DNA from: Lytechinus pictus
Lineage: Eukaryota
Length of the DNA stretch: 64,000 bases
Direction: 5' to 3'
NCBI RefSeq assembly: GCF_037042905.1
Contig: NC_087253.1
Location: 992,001-1,056,000, forward strand
Shown here: positions 53,801 through 62,192 of the stretch, piece after piece
Layout of the letters: each line of letters starts with the position of its first letter
How positions within the stretch are numbered: position 1 is the first letter of the stretch
Program-made: the position numbers and the translations under genes
The notes under the pieces: generated by a model
The model's database searches: none
What the model saw: only the letters and a program-made list of their open reading frames with translations
Told to the model about the DNA's origin: nothing

Positions 53801-56426
53801 TGACAAAAGTTTCTCCCGTATTTGTATTAATCTACACTGCAATACCCACATTCAAGTCCCCTATTGTGTCAAATCCTGAGTTTAGAACCCGTAGAAGGTT
53901 GCTATAATTCCCCTTTCTTTCTTTTTTTGCCCTGTGGGTTTTCTTTATCTCTCATGCATGACATCAAAATAGACCTGTTTTCATCAGGCCTGTCAAATGA
54001 TTTTTACAGACAAATTTGCTCTAAGCCAATCGTAATCCCGGATTTCAGTAGCTTATAACAAATTGTCAGTAAAAAATCACCATTTGTTTCATGGAATGCT
54101 CCCCAGATTTCATCAGCACTACATTTGTATTATTAGAAATACTGTAAACTGATACTGATCTGACAAACTCACTCAATAAAATTAATATCCTAACAAGACA
54201 TTGATAACCACCATTAATTGTCATTGTTTGCCAAATGTTTTCATTGGGCATCATATCTACACATGTTCAAAGCACAAAGTATTTGATATTCAAATAAAAC
54301 AAGAAAAAAATGAGAGTGCGACATCATTGACTTGCTCACTTGTAAATCACCTGCAATGTGCATATAAATGTTGTAAAACTGAGCTTAATTTATAAAATGT
54401 CATAACTTTCCAAATCCAATTTTTTTCTTCAATATTTCTCAACTTTATTCATCATATTTTATTATGTAGAGGTGGAGTTGAGGCTATTAAAAAGAAGTTG
54501 TAATGCTGAGTAGGATTGATCAAGAACTCAAGGCTTTCAAGAGCTAATAGAGACTGATGGAAACATACAACAGAATGAATACCGGTAGTTAGAATGTAGG
54601 GTAATGACAGTCAACCTGAAAGATAGATTTATATGATATCAATCTTTGTGGATTTTTTACATTCATAATAAATGATTGTGAGTTTTTGTATTGAATTTTA
54701 TCAATTTCATAGAAATTCTCCTGAAAAATATGAGATTATATCATAGCAGAATAACAAAAGTAAAAACTGCTACATGTACATGATGCATGATATGTCAATA
54801 TTGTTGAGTCTTTGAACATATTAATACTGTACTCTAAATTTCTAAAACTATCATGAACAATCTACTGCACTGTAGGCCTATATCATTACAAAAGTTATCA
54901 AACTGAGCTTGTACAGTTTTAGTTGTCTTTTTACTTTACTTTTAAATCTCCAAGATTTTAGGCAATTCAGACGGAATTTATCTGAAAATTTTGTACCCCA
55001 TAATTTTCTTCTCTCATACATATGCACACTGAACATGTATGATCATTGATGGTATTCATCAAAAGAGATGAATTGCAAAGGCGAGGTAACTTCAATTGTG
55101 ATTTCCTAAAAATAGTTCAACACCCTATCTAGCATACCTGATAATATGATGCAAAAGAAAATATCAAGGAATATATGTGTAAAAGATGATGAATATGACA
55201 ATATAACGAGTCAGTGGAGACTATTAATTACATCTACATGCCTCATAGGTTTGGTACAATCCCCCTACTATACCAGCTCATAGGGTAATCCCATACCCAT
55301 CATACCAATAAAGGAGAACACCCTGCTGCCAAAAATAGCTTAAACAGAAAAATCACAGCGAAGGAAAATTATCATTGAGCTTTTGGAATAATTTTGGTCA
55401 CCTACATGTAGTACCGTATGAAACCTGGGGATGTTTCACAAAGATTTAAGTATGACTTGGAGTCACACTCAAATGCTTTAGTTGCGTGCTGTAAAAAGGC
55501 ATGACTGCATTGGTCAGACTATCCCAAGAGAAAGATCACTACTGTGTATTATAAATCCATGCGTCTGCATTAAAGTGCGACTCTAAGTCATACTTAAATC
55601 TTTGGTTTTAAAACGCCCCATATAGCCCTTGCCATCATTAGCATTTCAACAGGCCAAGAATCCAGATGGAATTGGTAATGTACATGGTTTAAGGTATGAC
55701 TGACATTGCACCAGTGATTGTAGTTTGGCAGGATGTGAATCAATGCTGTGAATCTCACGAATGATCCTTAAATCCTACCATCATACCATTACTCATCCAA
55801 CAACAATTAGACATTGTGCGTTACCACAAAAGAAGATTGGATATTTTGGGAGATTCTTTATCTAAATCTGTTTTACAAAAGTTAAAGTTGATCGACTCAT
55901 GAAGTCAATTCATTCATCCATCAAGTGATTTGGTCATTTATTTATACTTTAATTCATTCTTTTTATTAAATTTCTTTCTCAATATTCACATGAACAAACA
56001 TTCATTAATTCATTCATTCTGTCTTCATTCATTATTCTAAATTCCATGGATTTGCAGGTAAGTATGAGAAATGTGAATTCTCAACAAGTTTGGAGAATTC
56101 TCTTTTTTTAATTTCCCCTCACTGACAATAATACAAAACTGCTTGTTTGAAAATGGGGGTTAAATTGTTATTAAAAAAATAACTAAGGTCTATTTTCTGT
56201 TACTGAAATAAAGTTCCTAATTCCTATATTCATCTAACTTTATTATAAGTTGTATAAAGGAAGAAAACAAGTTAAACTGCTGCAAATACGATTAGTGACA
56301 AAATTTTAAGAAAGCTATGACAACAAATGGTTCAATAAAAAATCACATCTTACCTGCTATGATATCATCCATCTGTTCAAGAGCAGCAGCCAACATCTGG
56401 CTCGCATCTGATGCTAAATTTGTCAT
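2689..56426 (-). CDS. PPFIBP1: Liprin-beta (PPFIBP1/2-like) gene, 5' partial, 16 coding exons in window; 3' SAM-domain exons outside window
   Basis: Spliced translation gives liprin-beta hallmarks: MTNLASDASQMLAAALEQMDDIIAG, RLEGDKDSLQLQVNVLTDQIEAQNEKIQELE, KIAVDSLIVGNKEKDKTIEDL and SFGKGLFKITSKKTSSAPNL. All introns are GT-AG and phases are consistent (2167 nt coding in window). Family recognised from memory of vertebrate liprin-beta; PPFIBP1 vs PPFIBP2 cannot be resolved. Confidence 0.9.
2890..3550. repeat. GA-rich low-complexity tract (polypyrimidine on the pre-mRNA strand)
   Basis: (GA)n runs and purine bias directly upstream of the exon 16 acceptor. Confidence 0.85.
4069..4632. mobile_element. 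Harbinger-like MITE interrupted by a SINE
   Basis: TIRs ggccctgtgttacaaa / tttgtaagacagggcc; uninterrupted inverted sister copy at ~52863-53136. Confidence 0.75.
4216..4512 (+). mobile_element. tRNA-derived SINE, full length
   Basis: A-box tggcccagtgg, B-box ggttcgaatcc, central cactcaacccaggtg..aatgggtacc block, gcgctatacaag..(tta)n tail, TSD tatgaat(g/a)ta. Confidence 0.88.
5450..5570 (+). mobile_element. SINE internal fragment
   Basis: gctgcactcaacccaggtgaagtgaatgggtaccc..ttccttgaa matches the SINE at 4216. Confidence 0.7.
7303..7965 (-). CDS. PPFIBP1: Liprin-beta large linker exon 15 (663 nt, likely alternative)
   Basis: Inside ORF 7102..8022; ccttacag|NETPSD...KKTTDSE|GTAATC, phase 0-0, Pro/Ser/Thr-rich. 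Confidence 0.8.
9087..9797. mobile_element. Non-autonomous TIR element
   Basis: Inverted repeats caattctcgctaccccaaatag / ctatttggggtagcgaaaattg; CpG-rich interior; no clear TSD. Confidence 0.65.
9834..10564. mobile_element. hAT-like non-autonomous transposon, copy A
   Basis: TIR tagggacagtgattttccg, subterminal aacgga repeats; inverted homolog at 32117-32900. Confidence 0.82.
10710..10832 (-). mobile_element. SINE fragment with Deu-domain-like core
   Basis: Reverse strand reads ccctcggataggacgttaaatggaggcccc, resembling the DeuSINE core as I recall it. Confidence 0.5.
11201..11378. mobile_element. Short Harbinger-like MITE
   Basis: ggtgagtgtttcctaaag / ctttaagaaacatccacc ends; internal inverted ttatgaacgactggtga / tcaccagtcgttcataa. 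Confidence 0.6.
12286..12438 (-). CDS. PPFIBP1: Liprin-beta coding exon 14
   Basis: RQVPQGSSPVSPDRDF...RRSASLENLQTNVVPST|GTAAG, 153 nt, phase 0-0; a second in-frame CAG acceptor lies 6 nt inside. Confidence 0.82.
12687..13089. repeat. Local tandem duplication (2 diverged copies of ~190-210 bp) abutting the exon 13 donor
   Basis: atttatttgtggtttgcat..gggggatacatatggcagat..tgctttagagattactt occurs twice. Confidence 0.85.
13090..13187 (-). CDS. PPFIBP1: Liprin-beta coding exon 13
   Basis: (V)DMDMLLDIENQRTDSFSTSSSATGETDTSKDS|GTAAGT, phase 1 to 0. Confidence 0.82.
13913..13991 (-). CDS. PPFIBP1: Liprin-beta coding exon 12
   Basis: DKTIEDLNQRLSKFYHVQEMAAINGR|GTAAG, phase 0 to 1. Confidence 0.88.
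14698..14759 (-). CDS. PPFIBP1: Liprin-beta coding exon 11
   Basis: (E)VEKEKLKIAVDSLIVGNKEK|GTGAG; resembles the vertebrate liprin-beta AVESLMAANEEK segment. Confidence 0.88.
14980..15300. repeat. (GAA/GAG/GAT)n purine-rich simple repeat
   Basis: Seen directly; explains ORFs at 14946-15340. Confidence 0.9.
15343..15391 (-). CDS. PPFIBP1: Liprin-beta coding exon 10
   Basis: tttttcag|ALLDDLQSKKVKTLDE(E)|GTATGT; phase 0 to 1, required to put the next exon in frame. Confidence 0.82.
17890..17940 (-). CDS. PPFIBP1: Candidate liprin-beta cassette exon 9 (51 nt)
   Basis: cattttag|KKPRKQKRLFFHMPSRP|GTAAGT, phase 0-0, about 90 AG-free nt upstream. Confidence 0.55.
18412..18566. mobile_element. Short MITE with CCAAT and X-box-like motifs
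   Basis: Inverted sister copy at ~47307-47468 and a related copy at ~29182-29323. Confidence 0.7.
18815..18877 (-). CDS. PPFIBP1: Liprin-beta coding exon 8 (63 nt, possibly alternative)
   Basis: ccccttcctggtag|VKLVRSQTETAELKARLRYSH|GTGAGT, phase 0-0, GC-rich island in an AT-rich intron. Confidence 0.7.
19390..19522. repeat. (AAT)n microsatellite
   Basis: Seen directly. Confidence 0.9.
19546..19608 (-). CDS. PPFIBP1: Liprin-beta coding exon 7 (63 nt)
   Basis: ttttcttccag|KTVGDLQSECHKWQEKYMETQ|GTATTT, phase 0-0. Confidence 0.8.
19886..21554. mobile_element. Tc1/mariner(pogo)-like non-autonomous element, TA TSD, with a nested MITE
   Basis: TA|ccgtaagtaatggtctattaaccgcac ... gtgcggtttatagtccgttacttacgg(g)|TA. 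Confidence 0.8.
20330..20913. mobile_element. TTAA-TSD MITE (Kolobok/piggyBac-like) nested in the mariner-like element
   Basis: ttaa|aggagaat...attctcct|ttaa; long imperfect inverted arms (gagcatttgaat..gcgaccaagatct..tgatgtcac). Confidence 0.85.
22190..22352. other. Assembly gap
   Basis: Run of N. Confidence 1.
22430..22492 (-). CDS. PPFIBP1: Liprin-beta coding exon 6 (63 nt)
   Basis: tttcacag|SKIEEQQQEMNKLMSKYQQSQ|GTTAGT, phase 0-0. Confidence 0.8.
22577..23005. mobile_element. MITE with apparent 6-bp TSD
   Basis: cagtag|cagacctgccaacc ... ggttggcaggtctg|cagtag; subterminal aaaacgta repeats. Confidence 0.85.
23538..23688. mobile_element. Degenerate pogo/Tigger-like MITE
   Basis: cagtcaaacctgt ... 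acaggtttcactg|ta. Confidence 0.55.
24198..24615. mobile_element. PIF/Harbinger-like MITE, TTA TSD
   Basis: tta|agcccccatcacacttattcggaatc ... gattcggaataagtgatgggggct|tta. Confidence 0.85.
24949..25080 (-). CDS. PPFIBP1: Liprin-beta coding exon 5
   Basis: ESEIHCELEQSQQNYAVEASKLKARLDSVENETLVVRERAIMAE, 132 nt coiled coil; GAG|GTAAAT. Confidence 0.88.
25185..25376 (-). mobile_element. tRNA-derived SINE (second family)
   Basis: Reverse: ggcgcaatagctcagtcggtagaac..ggttcgtttccc..gtgccctttggtaaggcat..ccctcggagagaac..A-tail. Confidence 0.78.
25629..25742 (-). CDS. PPFIBP1: Liprin-beta coding exon 4
   Basis: VNVLTDQIEAQNEKIQELEYACAKKSKELADSETKLLQ, 114 nt; ttttcag acceptor, GTATTG donor. Confidence 0.92.
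26050..26227. other. Assembly gap
   Basis: Run of N. Confidence 1.
26251..26325 (-). CDS. PPFIBP1: Liprin-beta coding exon 3
   Basis: ELATSPGSNEKMKRLEGDKDSLQLQ, 75 nt, phase 0-0; conserved RLExDKxSLxLQ. Confidence 0.9.
27976..28591. mobile_element. Bipartite repeat: ~140-bp hairpin plus an adjacent inverted-repeat-bounded body
   Basis: attatattgactggc..acatcaaatatgtcgc / gcgacatatttgatgt..gccagtcaatataat, then attattaccta..taggtaataat. Confidence 0.65.
30183..30577. mobile_element. TTAA-type MITE
   Basis: ttaa|agataaattccagtt ... aactactatcatttagct|tta; partial related copy near 1180. Confidence 0.7.
30581..30855. mobile_element. PIF/Harbinger-like MITE, TTA TSD
   Basis: tta|aggcttggtcccactg ... 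cagtgggaccaggcct|tta. Confidence 0.85.
31274..31695. mobile_element. Bipartite repeat (hairpin plus body), same architecture as 27976
   Basis: attatattgaatggct..aataccagaaaaattcc / ggaatatttctggtatt..agccatccaatataat. Confidence 0.55.
32117..32900. mobile_element. hAT-like non-autonomous transposon, copy B (inverted relative to A)
   Basis: tagggacagtgattttccg ... cggaaaatcactgtcccta. Confidence 0.82.
33797..37205. mobile_element. P-superfamily-like non-autonomous element, 7-bp TSD, 3.4 kb including nested insertion
   Basis: gaccaag|catggagctattaacac ... gtgctcaatagctccatg|gaccaag. Confidence 0.78.
34079..35832. mobile_element. Academ-like foldback element, TAA TSD, nested in the P-like element
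   Basis: taa|tagtagaccggccaaaa ... ttttggccggtctacta|taa; ~215-bp inverted arms and an internal ~450-bp direct duplication. Confidence 0.78.
37955..38560. mobile_element. TTAA-TSD MITE (Kolobok-like)
   Basis: ttaa|aggacaatccacc ... ggtggacttgacct|ttaa; long inverted arms ttcatcaaaatcggatgtaaaataag. Confidence 0.85.
41899..41990 (+). mobile_element. SINE 3' fragment
   Basis: ggggtaataatatccaagtcctttggaagcgcatagagac..gcgctatacaagaactg. Confidence 0.8.
42204..43392. mobile_element. CACTA/EnSpm-like MITE (TG TSD) containing a minisatellite-bearing Helentron-like insertion (~42370-43290)
   Basis: tg|cactgtaaaaaatattgggtaaa ... tttacccaatattttttagagtg|tg; internal ~165-185-bp repeats with tgaccttg..catgtgacc..aagtttcatgaact. 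Confidence 0.75.
43870..45808 (+). mobile_element. 5'-truncated, decayed L2/CR1-group LINE (reverse transcriptase pseudogene), antisense to the host gene
   Basis: ORFs 43982..44644 and 44598..45173 carry NYRPISNL, LLDLTSAFDTVDH, GVPQGSVIGP and YADD; frameshifts and stops; 3' gtaaagcgcttt..ctatatataaat..(tta)n tail. Confidence 0.93.
46213..47281 (+). mobile_element. Helentron/HINE-like element with ~158-bp tandem array
   Basis: 5' aaacatgagtgtcgctaaggcgagc; repeat units near 46830, 46987 and 47145; 3' hairpin atacgtctcgtctaggacgggcgtat followed by an A-run. Confidence 0.7.
46415..46828. mobile_element. hAT-like MITE nested in the array
   Basis: cagaagg|cagggctccacact ... agtgtcgcgctctg|cagaagg; many tttactggtcc subterminal motifs. 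Confidence 0.78.
48240..48717. mobile_element. PIF/Harbinger-like MITE, copy A, CCT TSD
   Basis: cct|aggtggtttcaaaccgcctc ... gaggcggtctgaaaccacct|cct; close inverted copy at 59772-60247. Confidence 0.9.
51831..52060 (-). CDS. PPFIBP1: Liprin-beta coding exon 2
   Basis: ttcttgtag acceptor; (G)TRLQGMDYDNG...LISELRFAAE...IVRLLGDKK; AAG|GTAAG; phase 1 to 0; overlaps ORF 51819..52043. Confidence 0.88.
52863..53136. mobile_element. Harbinger-like MITE (empty sister of 4069-4632)
   Basis: ctg|gggcccgtcttacaaa ... tttgtaagacgggacc|ctg. Confidence 0.8.
55427..55619. mobile_element. Harbinger-like MITE
   Basis: ggggatgtttcacaaagatttaagtatgact / agtcatacttaaatctttg; sister copy at 58458. Confidence 0.75.
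56354..56426 (-). CDS. PPFIBP1: Liprin-beta coding exon 1 (ATG; exon extends 5' to acceptor at 56489)
   Basis: MTNLASDASQMLAAALEQMDDIIA(G); donor G|GTAAG, phase 1; upstream acceptor ttctttccatttgatag. Confidence 0.92.
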
Positions 56427-56430
56427 CTTT

Positions 56431-56444
56431 GTCGCTATGGTAAC
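56431..56444. promoter_or_regulatory. RFX X-box consensus match just 5' of the start codon
   Basis: gtcgctatggtaac; another match gttgctatggaaac at 57497-57510. Confidence 0.35.
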
Positions 56445-56814
56445 ACTAGTTTTCTAACAGATTAGAATGAATTCTGAAGCTTCATGTACCTATCAAATGG
56501 AAAGAAATAAACAGAAATCTAATCGTTTTATTTCTTGATGTGTTTTTTATTAAATTTTCAGGAATTTCACTGCAAATCACTTTAACAACTCATTATCAAA
56601 TTAATTACTATCAATATTACCGGGTAATTCAAAAGAATAGATTAATCTTAAACTTGAAAAGAGGAAGGTATATTTCAATAGACAGTTTATCATGTTCAAT
56701 TCCCTTTTTAAAAAAATATTGAAAAAAATAAAGATAAACCAGTGCATTTTAAAAAGTATATTTGTATCAACATAATTGTGCAGCAGACATACTGCCTCAG
56801 GGAGTAGAGTACAT

Positions 56815-57036
56815 GTATGTAATGGTACTCAAAAGTGAACCCCACAAGAAAATGAAAGTGTTCATTTTCTGCCATGTTTTAGATATTAATCTGTGAAGTA
56901 AGGTGATGAAATATTACATTTAATAATGCTTGATTCTCAAGGCCCATCAAACATTGTATTGTTGTTGTCTGCATTCAACAGTCCGCATGAAGGAGTGCAT
57001 TTTGCAGTGGGGTTCACTAACTTTTGAGCACAACTG
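56815..57036. mobile_element. Tc1-like MITE remnant
   Basis: Right end reverse-reads ta|cagttgtgctcaaaagt..gtgaaccccac; left end ctcaaaagtgaaccccac. Confidence 0.6.
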
Positions 57037-57239
57037 TATGTGCCAGAATCTGATTTTAAAGAGAACCTTTAATATGCCTATCATCATATTTCAACTGAAG
57101 GATATTTCAAGATCAATCCATAGGCTGAATTACAGTCACATAAATTAAACTGTTCAAAAATGATAACAGGTTTTTCCAATATGAAAATGGAAAACGTAAC
57201 TTGGTAAAAAAGCTTTTTGCTTGCTAATGGCTATAGAGA

Positions 57240-57242
<3 letters not shown>

Positions 57243-57269
<27 letters not shown>
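57243..57269. repeat. (GT)n microsatellite
   Basis: Seen directly. Confidence 0.95.
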
Positions 57270-57270
<1 letters not shown>

Positions 57271-58457
57271 GTAGAGTGACAAATAAGGAGAGAGAGAGAA
57301 ATAATGACCTATAAAGTTGTAATCCTCATAAAAACAGGCCAATCCCTTCCCTACTAGCAATTTCAAGTCACGTTTATGCTTCAACTCTGAAGAGGAGAGG
57401 TCACAAGACCCAGCACGTCTCTACAGCTATTGACGCAGTTCCTTCTTCTATTATCCATCATAACCACACAGAGACACAAGTATGCTGCTTCCATCAGTTG
57501 CTATGGAAACGACATCATCTTCTTCACTCCCACATCAATTAAAAAACAAATCCTCCAAGTCCTAATGCTGCCATTAATCTAAAAGCTCATACATTTATTC
57601 ATGTGCTTACCATAGATTTTCCCAGGCTTCTATTTGCTCACCCAGATCTCTAAGGATTCCAATGGTTGTGGCTCAATCGAAGAGTGGTGTGGTCTTGACA
57701 CCTTCTTTCCACCAATAACTCAGCTTTCAACAACAAGTTGGTCGCATTACCAGTATACTTTTACAGTGATATTCTAGTCAATCCACTTACTCCTTGCTTC
57801 TAAAATAGTCTTTGAAACTGTCAAAGGATGTCACGCAGCGGACGATTTCCCTGATGGTATCAGTGCACCCTGCCACCACCTCTCCCACCCCTAACGTCCT
57901 GGGAGTTTAATAGGTAGATGATGCTGTCTATAAAGTAGGGGATATCATTAATGGGATGGTCTCAATGATGAGCGGCTCTCCCACCCTTGGCCACTCCACG
58001 TCCTGGAAGTTTGAATCCAAGTCACAGCCCAAGAAACTGATGCTGGCTGATAGGGAAGTCAGGATGATGTCATGATAACACTGCCAGTCAGGTGCTGGGC
58101 ATGGAATGTCTTTGATCTCTTGAGACGGACAGCAGAAAATAGATTAGGGTCATATGACACAGTGAAACCGTCTCACCTTTTCATTCCTGTAGCAGGAGAG
58201 AGAGCGGAAAAGAATGATCATTAATGATAAAACACAAGGCAAATAATTGTACCTTTATAACACTGTGCTGTCGCAAAACTAACAATTTTAAACCATGCAG
58301 ATACATGTACACTATACACATTTACATCAAGATTTATTTACTTTTCCTCCAGAAATTGGCAACAATCATTAATATTTATATTTGTTTTCATAGTTTAAAA
58401 AAAGAACATGCACAAAAAAGAGCGACATATTCTGAATTAATTAATTAATGAGACCTG

Positions 58458-58654
58458 GGGGGTGCTTCACAAAGATTTAAGTATGACTTATACCGAGTTG
58501 CATACGGTATGAAAGGCTTGACCCCATTGGTCAGATCGTGTCATGAGGACGCGCACTAATGCGTATCTATTAATAAGATCGCGCGTTGCATATCATGTCC
58601 GCGTCGGCATTTAAGTGCGACTTAAGTCATACTTAAATCTTTGTGAAACACCCC
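58458..58654. mobile_element. Harbinger-like MITE, CTG TSD
   Basis: ggggtgcttcacaaagatttaagtatgactta ... taagtcatacttaaatctttgtgaaacacccc. Confidence 0.8.
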
Positions 58655-59771
58655 CTGCTAAATTACCTATAGGCTGTGTAAATTCATAAGTAATTAAAAT
58701 GGTAACCTGTTACTAATGCAATCTTTCTTGTTATGAAAGCATTTAGTAGCTCATAACGATCCTATATGAAGCCATGCCCAGCAGGTACACCAGCATGCAT
58801 TGTTAATTATCACTGTTTGTTTTCAAAGCCCAATCTAATTAACCAAACCAAGTAGTGAAATGTCAATGAAACAATGACCAATAATGTTTCTGGTGTAGAC
58901 TGTAGAGTAGTTATAGTCTATGGTTGCCCCCACACTCCACCTTCCCCCTTTAAAATCTTTTTTGTTTCTCCCTTCCTTTCTTTCTCCCTCCCTCTTGCTC
59001 ACGTTCCCCCTTTCTTTTTTCTTTCATCTCTCTCCTCTCAAACCCCCCCTCCTCTCGTCTTTCTCCCTCTCTTTCCTCACTTTTCTTTTCCTCTTCTCTT
59101 TCTCCCTTTCATTACCCACTACCTCTTTCCTCTCTTCTCAATTTGCCCCCCCCCCCACCCGCTTACTCACTGCTTACTTTCTTCCTTGCTATCATCAGCT
59201 GATCAAATAAATTTTGTCTCAAAAAGCAAGCACTGTCATCTAAAAAAAGCAAGCACTGTCATAACAATCAAACTTTAAATTCAATTTTTAAGTGTTGTTT
59301 CATCAAAATCTTTCTGTTGATGAAAGATTGCTCTTCATACAAACCCAAATTAAATTTAACTTGGCAAATTTCCGAGTTCAAAACACACTAGTCTGTCGAT
59401 TCATTTAAGAATTTTAATCTTTAAAAAAAGGCATCAAGAAAAGAAAAAAACTGATGTTGCTGATTTGAAGAACAAGGACTGATACAATTCTGACATAAGA
59501 TGATAAAAAGGTTGTGCATGAAGCCTGTCACAAGCAATTTGATATGTGTCCCATTGGATAAGTCTCTAGACTTTGAAACCGACGGTTGTGGGTTCAAAAT
59601 CCCAGGAATGGTGTAATTTCCTTCAGTAAAAAATGTTATGCTTCACTTGACCCAGGTGAGGTAAATGGGTACCTGGTAGGAATTAATTCCTTGAAATACT
59701 GTGCACTGTCAATAATTTTGGCCATCAGCTAAAGCCAGGATAATAATATCCAAGTCCTTTGGAAGCACATA

Positions 59772-60247
59772 AGGTGGTTTCAGACCGCCTCGAAGTTCGT
59801 CAGTTCCAGGTATTCTCTGATCGGGAAAGTTACCCCGATCAGAAAATACCAGGTATTTTGGTAATGTGAAAGCAAACTACGCGTAATTTCCCCGAAAGAA
59901 AATACCCGCTAAATAGTAGGTACTTGGCGAAATTACGAGAACTTTCGCGGGGATTTTTCCAAGGTTGCAGGTATTTTGGCAATGTGAAAGCAATTTACGG
60001 GAACTTTTAGCCCAGCATGTCGTTGGGCGCGGGAGCCGTGGGTGGCTGCTGGGCTAGTGGTTTTGAATCTCGCGCCTTGCCTGCTTATTAGACCATACTG
60101 CGCATGCTCCTAACTTCAGGAATTTATCCCGAAGGTTATGTTTCGGGGCGGTGTGAATGCAGGAATAATTAATGGGTATTTTTTATCCTAAAAATGTTCT
60201 CGTAATTTAACGGGGATTCTTGTGATCGAGGCGGTTTGAAACTGCCT
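59772..60247. mobile_element. PIF/Harbinger-like MITE, copy B, ATA TSD
   Basis: ata|aggtggtttcagaccgcctc ... gaggcggtttgaaactgcct|ata. Confidence 0.9.
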
Positions 60248-60267
60248 ATAGAGACATCGTAGTCATA

Positions 60268-62192
60268 TACCCCTTTCAGACTAGCCTCTTCATTTTTCCC
60301 CGGCGAACTTCTCCGGCACGCATTCCTCACTTCCCCGGCGAAAAAAAAAGTACCTTTTCGCACTGACATCTCTTCCCCAGCGAAAGTCAACTGGTGATTG
60401 CTCGGAGGCGGAAGTAAGTGCAAACCTGGTGTCAATGAAAGCGCGTTTTTTTTTTAATTTTAATTTTAATCGTACTCTTTCCTTATTAATTGCAGATACC
60501 TAATTAATTTTATCACTGAAGTTTTGGAGATGACGTCTGATAAACACTTCTGAGCAGCAGCTGCTGATCAGCTTAATCGGACGAAAAAACGAACGAAAAG
60601 AAAAGAAAATTGTAAACATTGCTTCTTACCGATTACCAACCAAAAAATTACTTTTTTTCTTTCCAGGGCTCTTTTTTGAGAAACTTAAAAATTTTCCAGG
60701 GCTACTTTTTCATTTTCCAGGGCTCTTTTTCCACTTTCCAGGGCTACAATTTCTGGAGCTATTTCGCGGCTTTTTTGCGTTTGTGTGTGTCTGTGTGTGT
60801 GTGGGGGTGTGTGTGTGTGTGTGTGCCACATTGAAGGGATGCTGGTCAGCAGTGCAGGGCTGCTCTGCTTTAACAAGATGTACTGTACATGCGGTGCGTT
60901 CAACGCTAGCGGGCGTGTATATTTTGCTTATTACATGACGTCATCCAGCCACTGCCGAGAGCCAATTTATGAATGAAAATATAGTAAGCATGCGCAGTGC
61001 AAGCCTTCCATAACCCCACACAGTATTCCACCAAAACAAGTGTGCAATACTCTATCACCTCGTACCAAAATCGACCTAGAATTTCACTTTCCTATAATTT
61101 ATATGAATTATGAAAGGTATTCTCGGAGGATCTATTTTCTCACCGATACCGAACAGGTAAGCGAATTTCGATTACTTCTTGATTTTCGGTCAAAATCTTA
61201 CGAATTAGCGTTGATATAGCATCGTGTTCGTTGGAGTCTGTAGAGTCTATCGCAACGTGTACAAAGTCAATTGATTTCCGGGTTTCGGAGCGTCGCGTGA
61301 ATATGCATGAAATTGCCAAGTCTCGATAATTTTCGATCGATACTGGAGCGATCCGATCACGAACCAAGACCATTTCCCGCGTAGACAATGTGACCGGATA
61401 TCGTTATCGCTATCGATACTTTCGCACGCAGTCCGAAGGAATTATTTTGGCGACCACGTAGTCATGACGTGATCTGCGCGATTGGCCAATCAGCGGTCTC
61501 CGATTCGCTGAGCCGAGACGGTCTATTCGTTGTACACAGTCTATGGACAATTTGCCACTGTGAAATATACAGTGTTGACGGGGGCGATTATGAGTTTTGC
61601 AGTCGCCCTCGTGTGAATGTTTTTAGCCCTTTTCCGGGGCTCTTTTTGGACTTTCCGGGGCGAATTCGCCCGCCGCCCCCGTGTAATTTTTTGGTTGCCG
61701 ATTACAAAAAGGTTTTAAAAAAAATGAAAATATATTCTAGAAATATTAGAAGTAAAACAAAAGAAGAATCAAAGTATTTTGTAATTTTTAAGCGCATTTT
61801 TAGCATGTAAACTAGCTTTTAAAATAAATATCTCTAGTGGAAAAACCAAACTGTATGTTCGAGGGTATTTAACTATGGAATGATCGAACAGCTCATAAAG
61901 CGTGGCCTTCTACATTTAGCCGCGGAAATAATAGCTATAGCTAGCGCGCGGAATCTCAGTTCAGGGGATTTCGGGGAGTAAAAAAATGACATCTGACGTC
62001 ATTAAGGAGGGGAAGTTCTCCGGTTTGCTTTCATACTGGCTGTTTCACCGGCGAACTTTGCCGGGGAAACAGTTCATCGGCGAAGTTCTCCACCTCTAGA
62101 GGTGGAGAAGTTCTCCGGTGTACCTTTCATACTGGACACTTTCCCCTTCGCTGGTGAACTTCGCCGGGGAAAAGTGCAATATGAAAGGGGTA
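60268..62192. mobile_element. Harbinger/ISL2EU-like non-autonomous element, 3-bp TSD
   Basis: ata|tacccctttca ... tgaaaggggta|tta; ccccggcgaa subterminal repeats at both ends. Confidence 0.8.
60637..61697. mobile_element. Non-autonomous TIR element with 8-bp TSD (P- or hAT-like)
   Basis: ccgattac|caaccaaaaaattac ... gtaattttttggttg|ccgattac; tttcc(a/g)gggct repeats. Confidence 0.88.
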
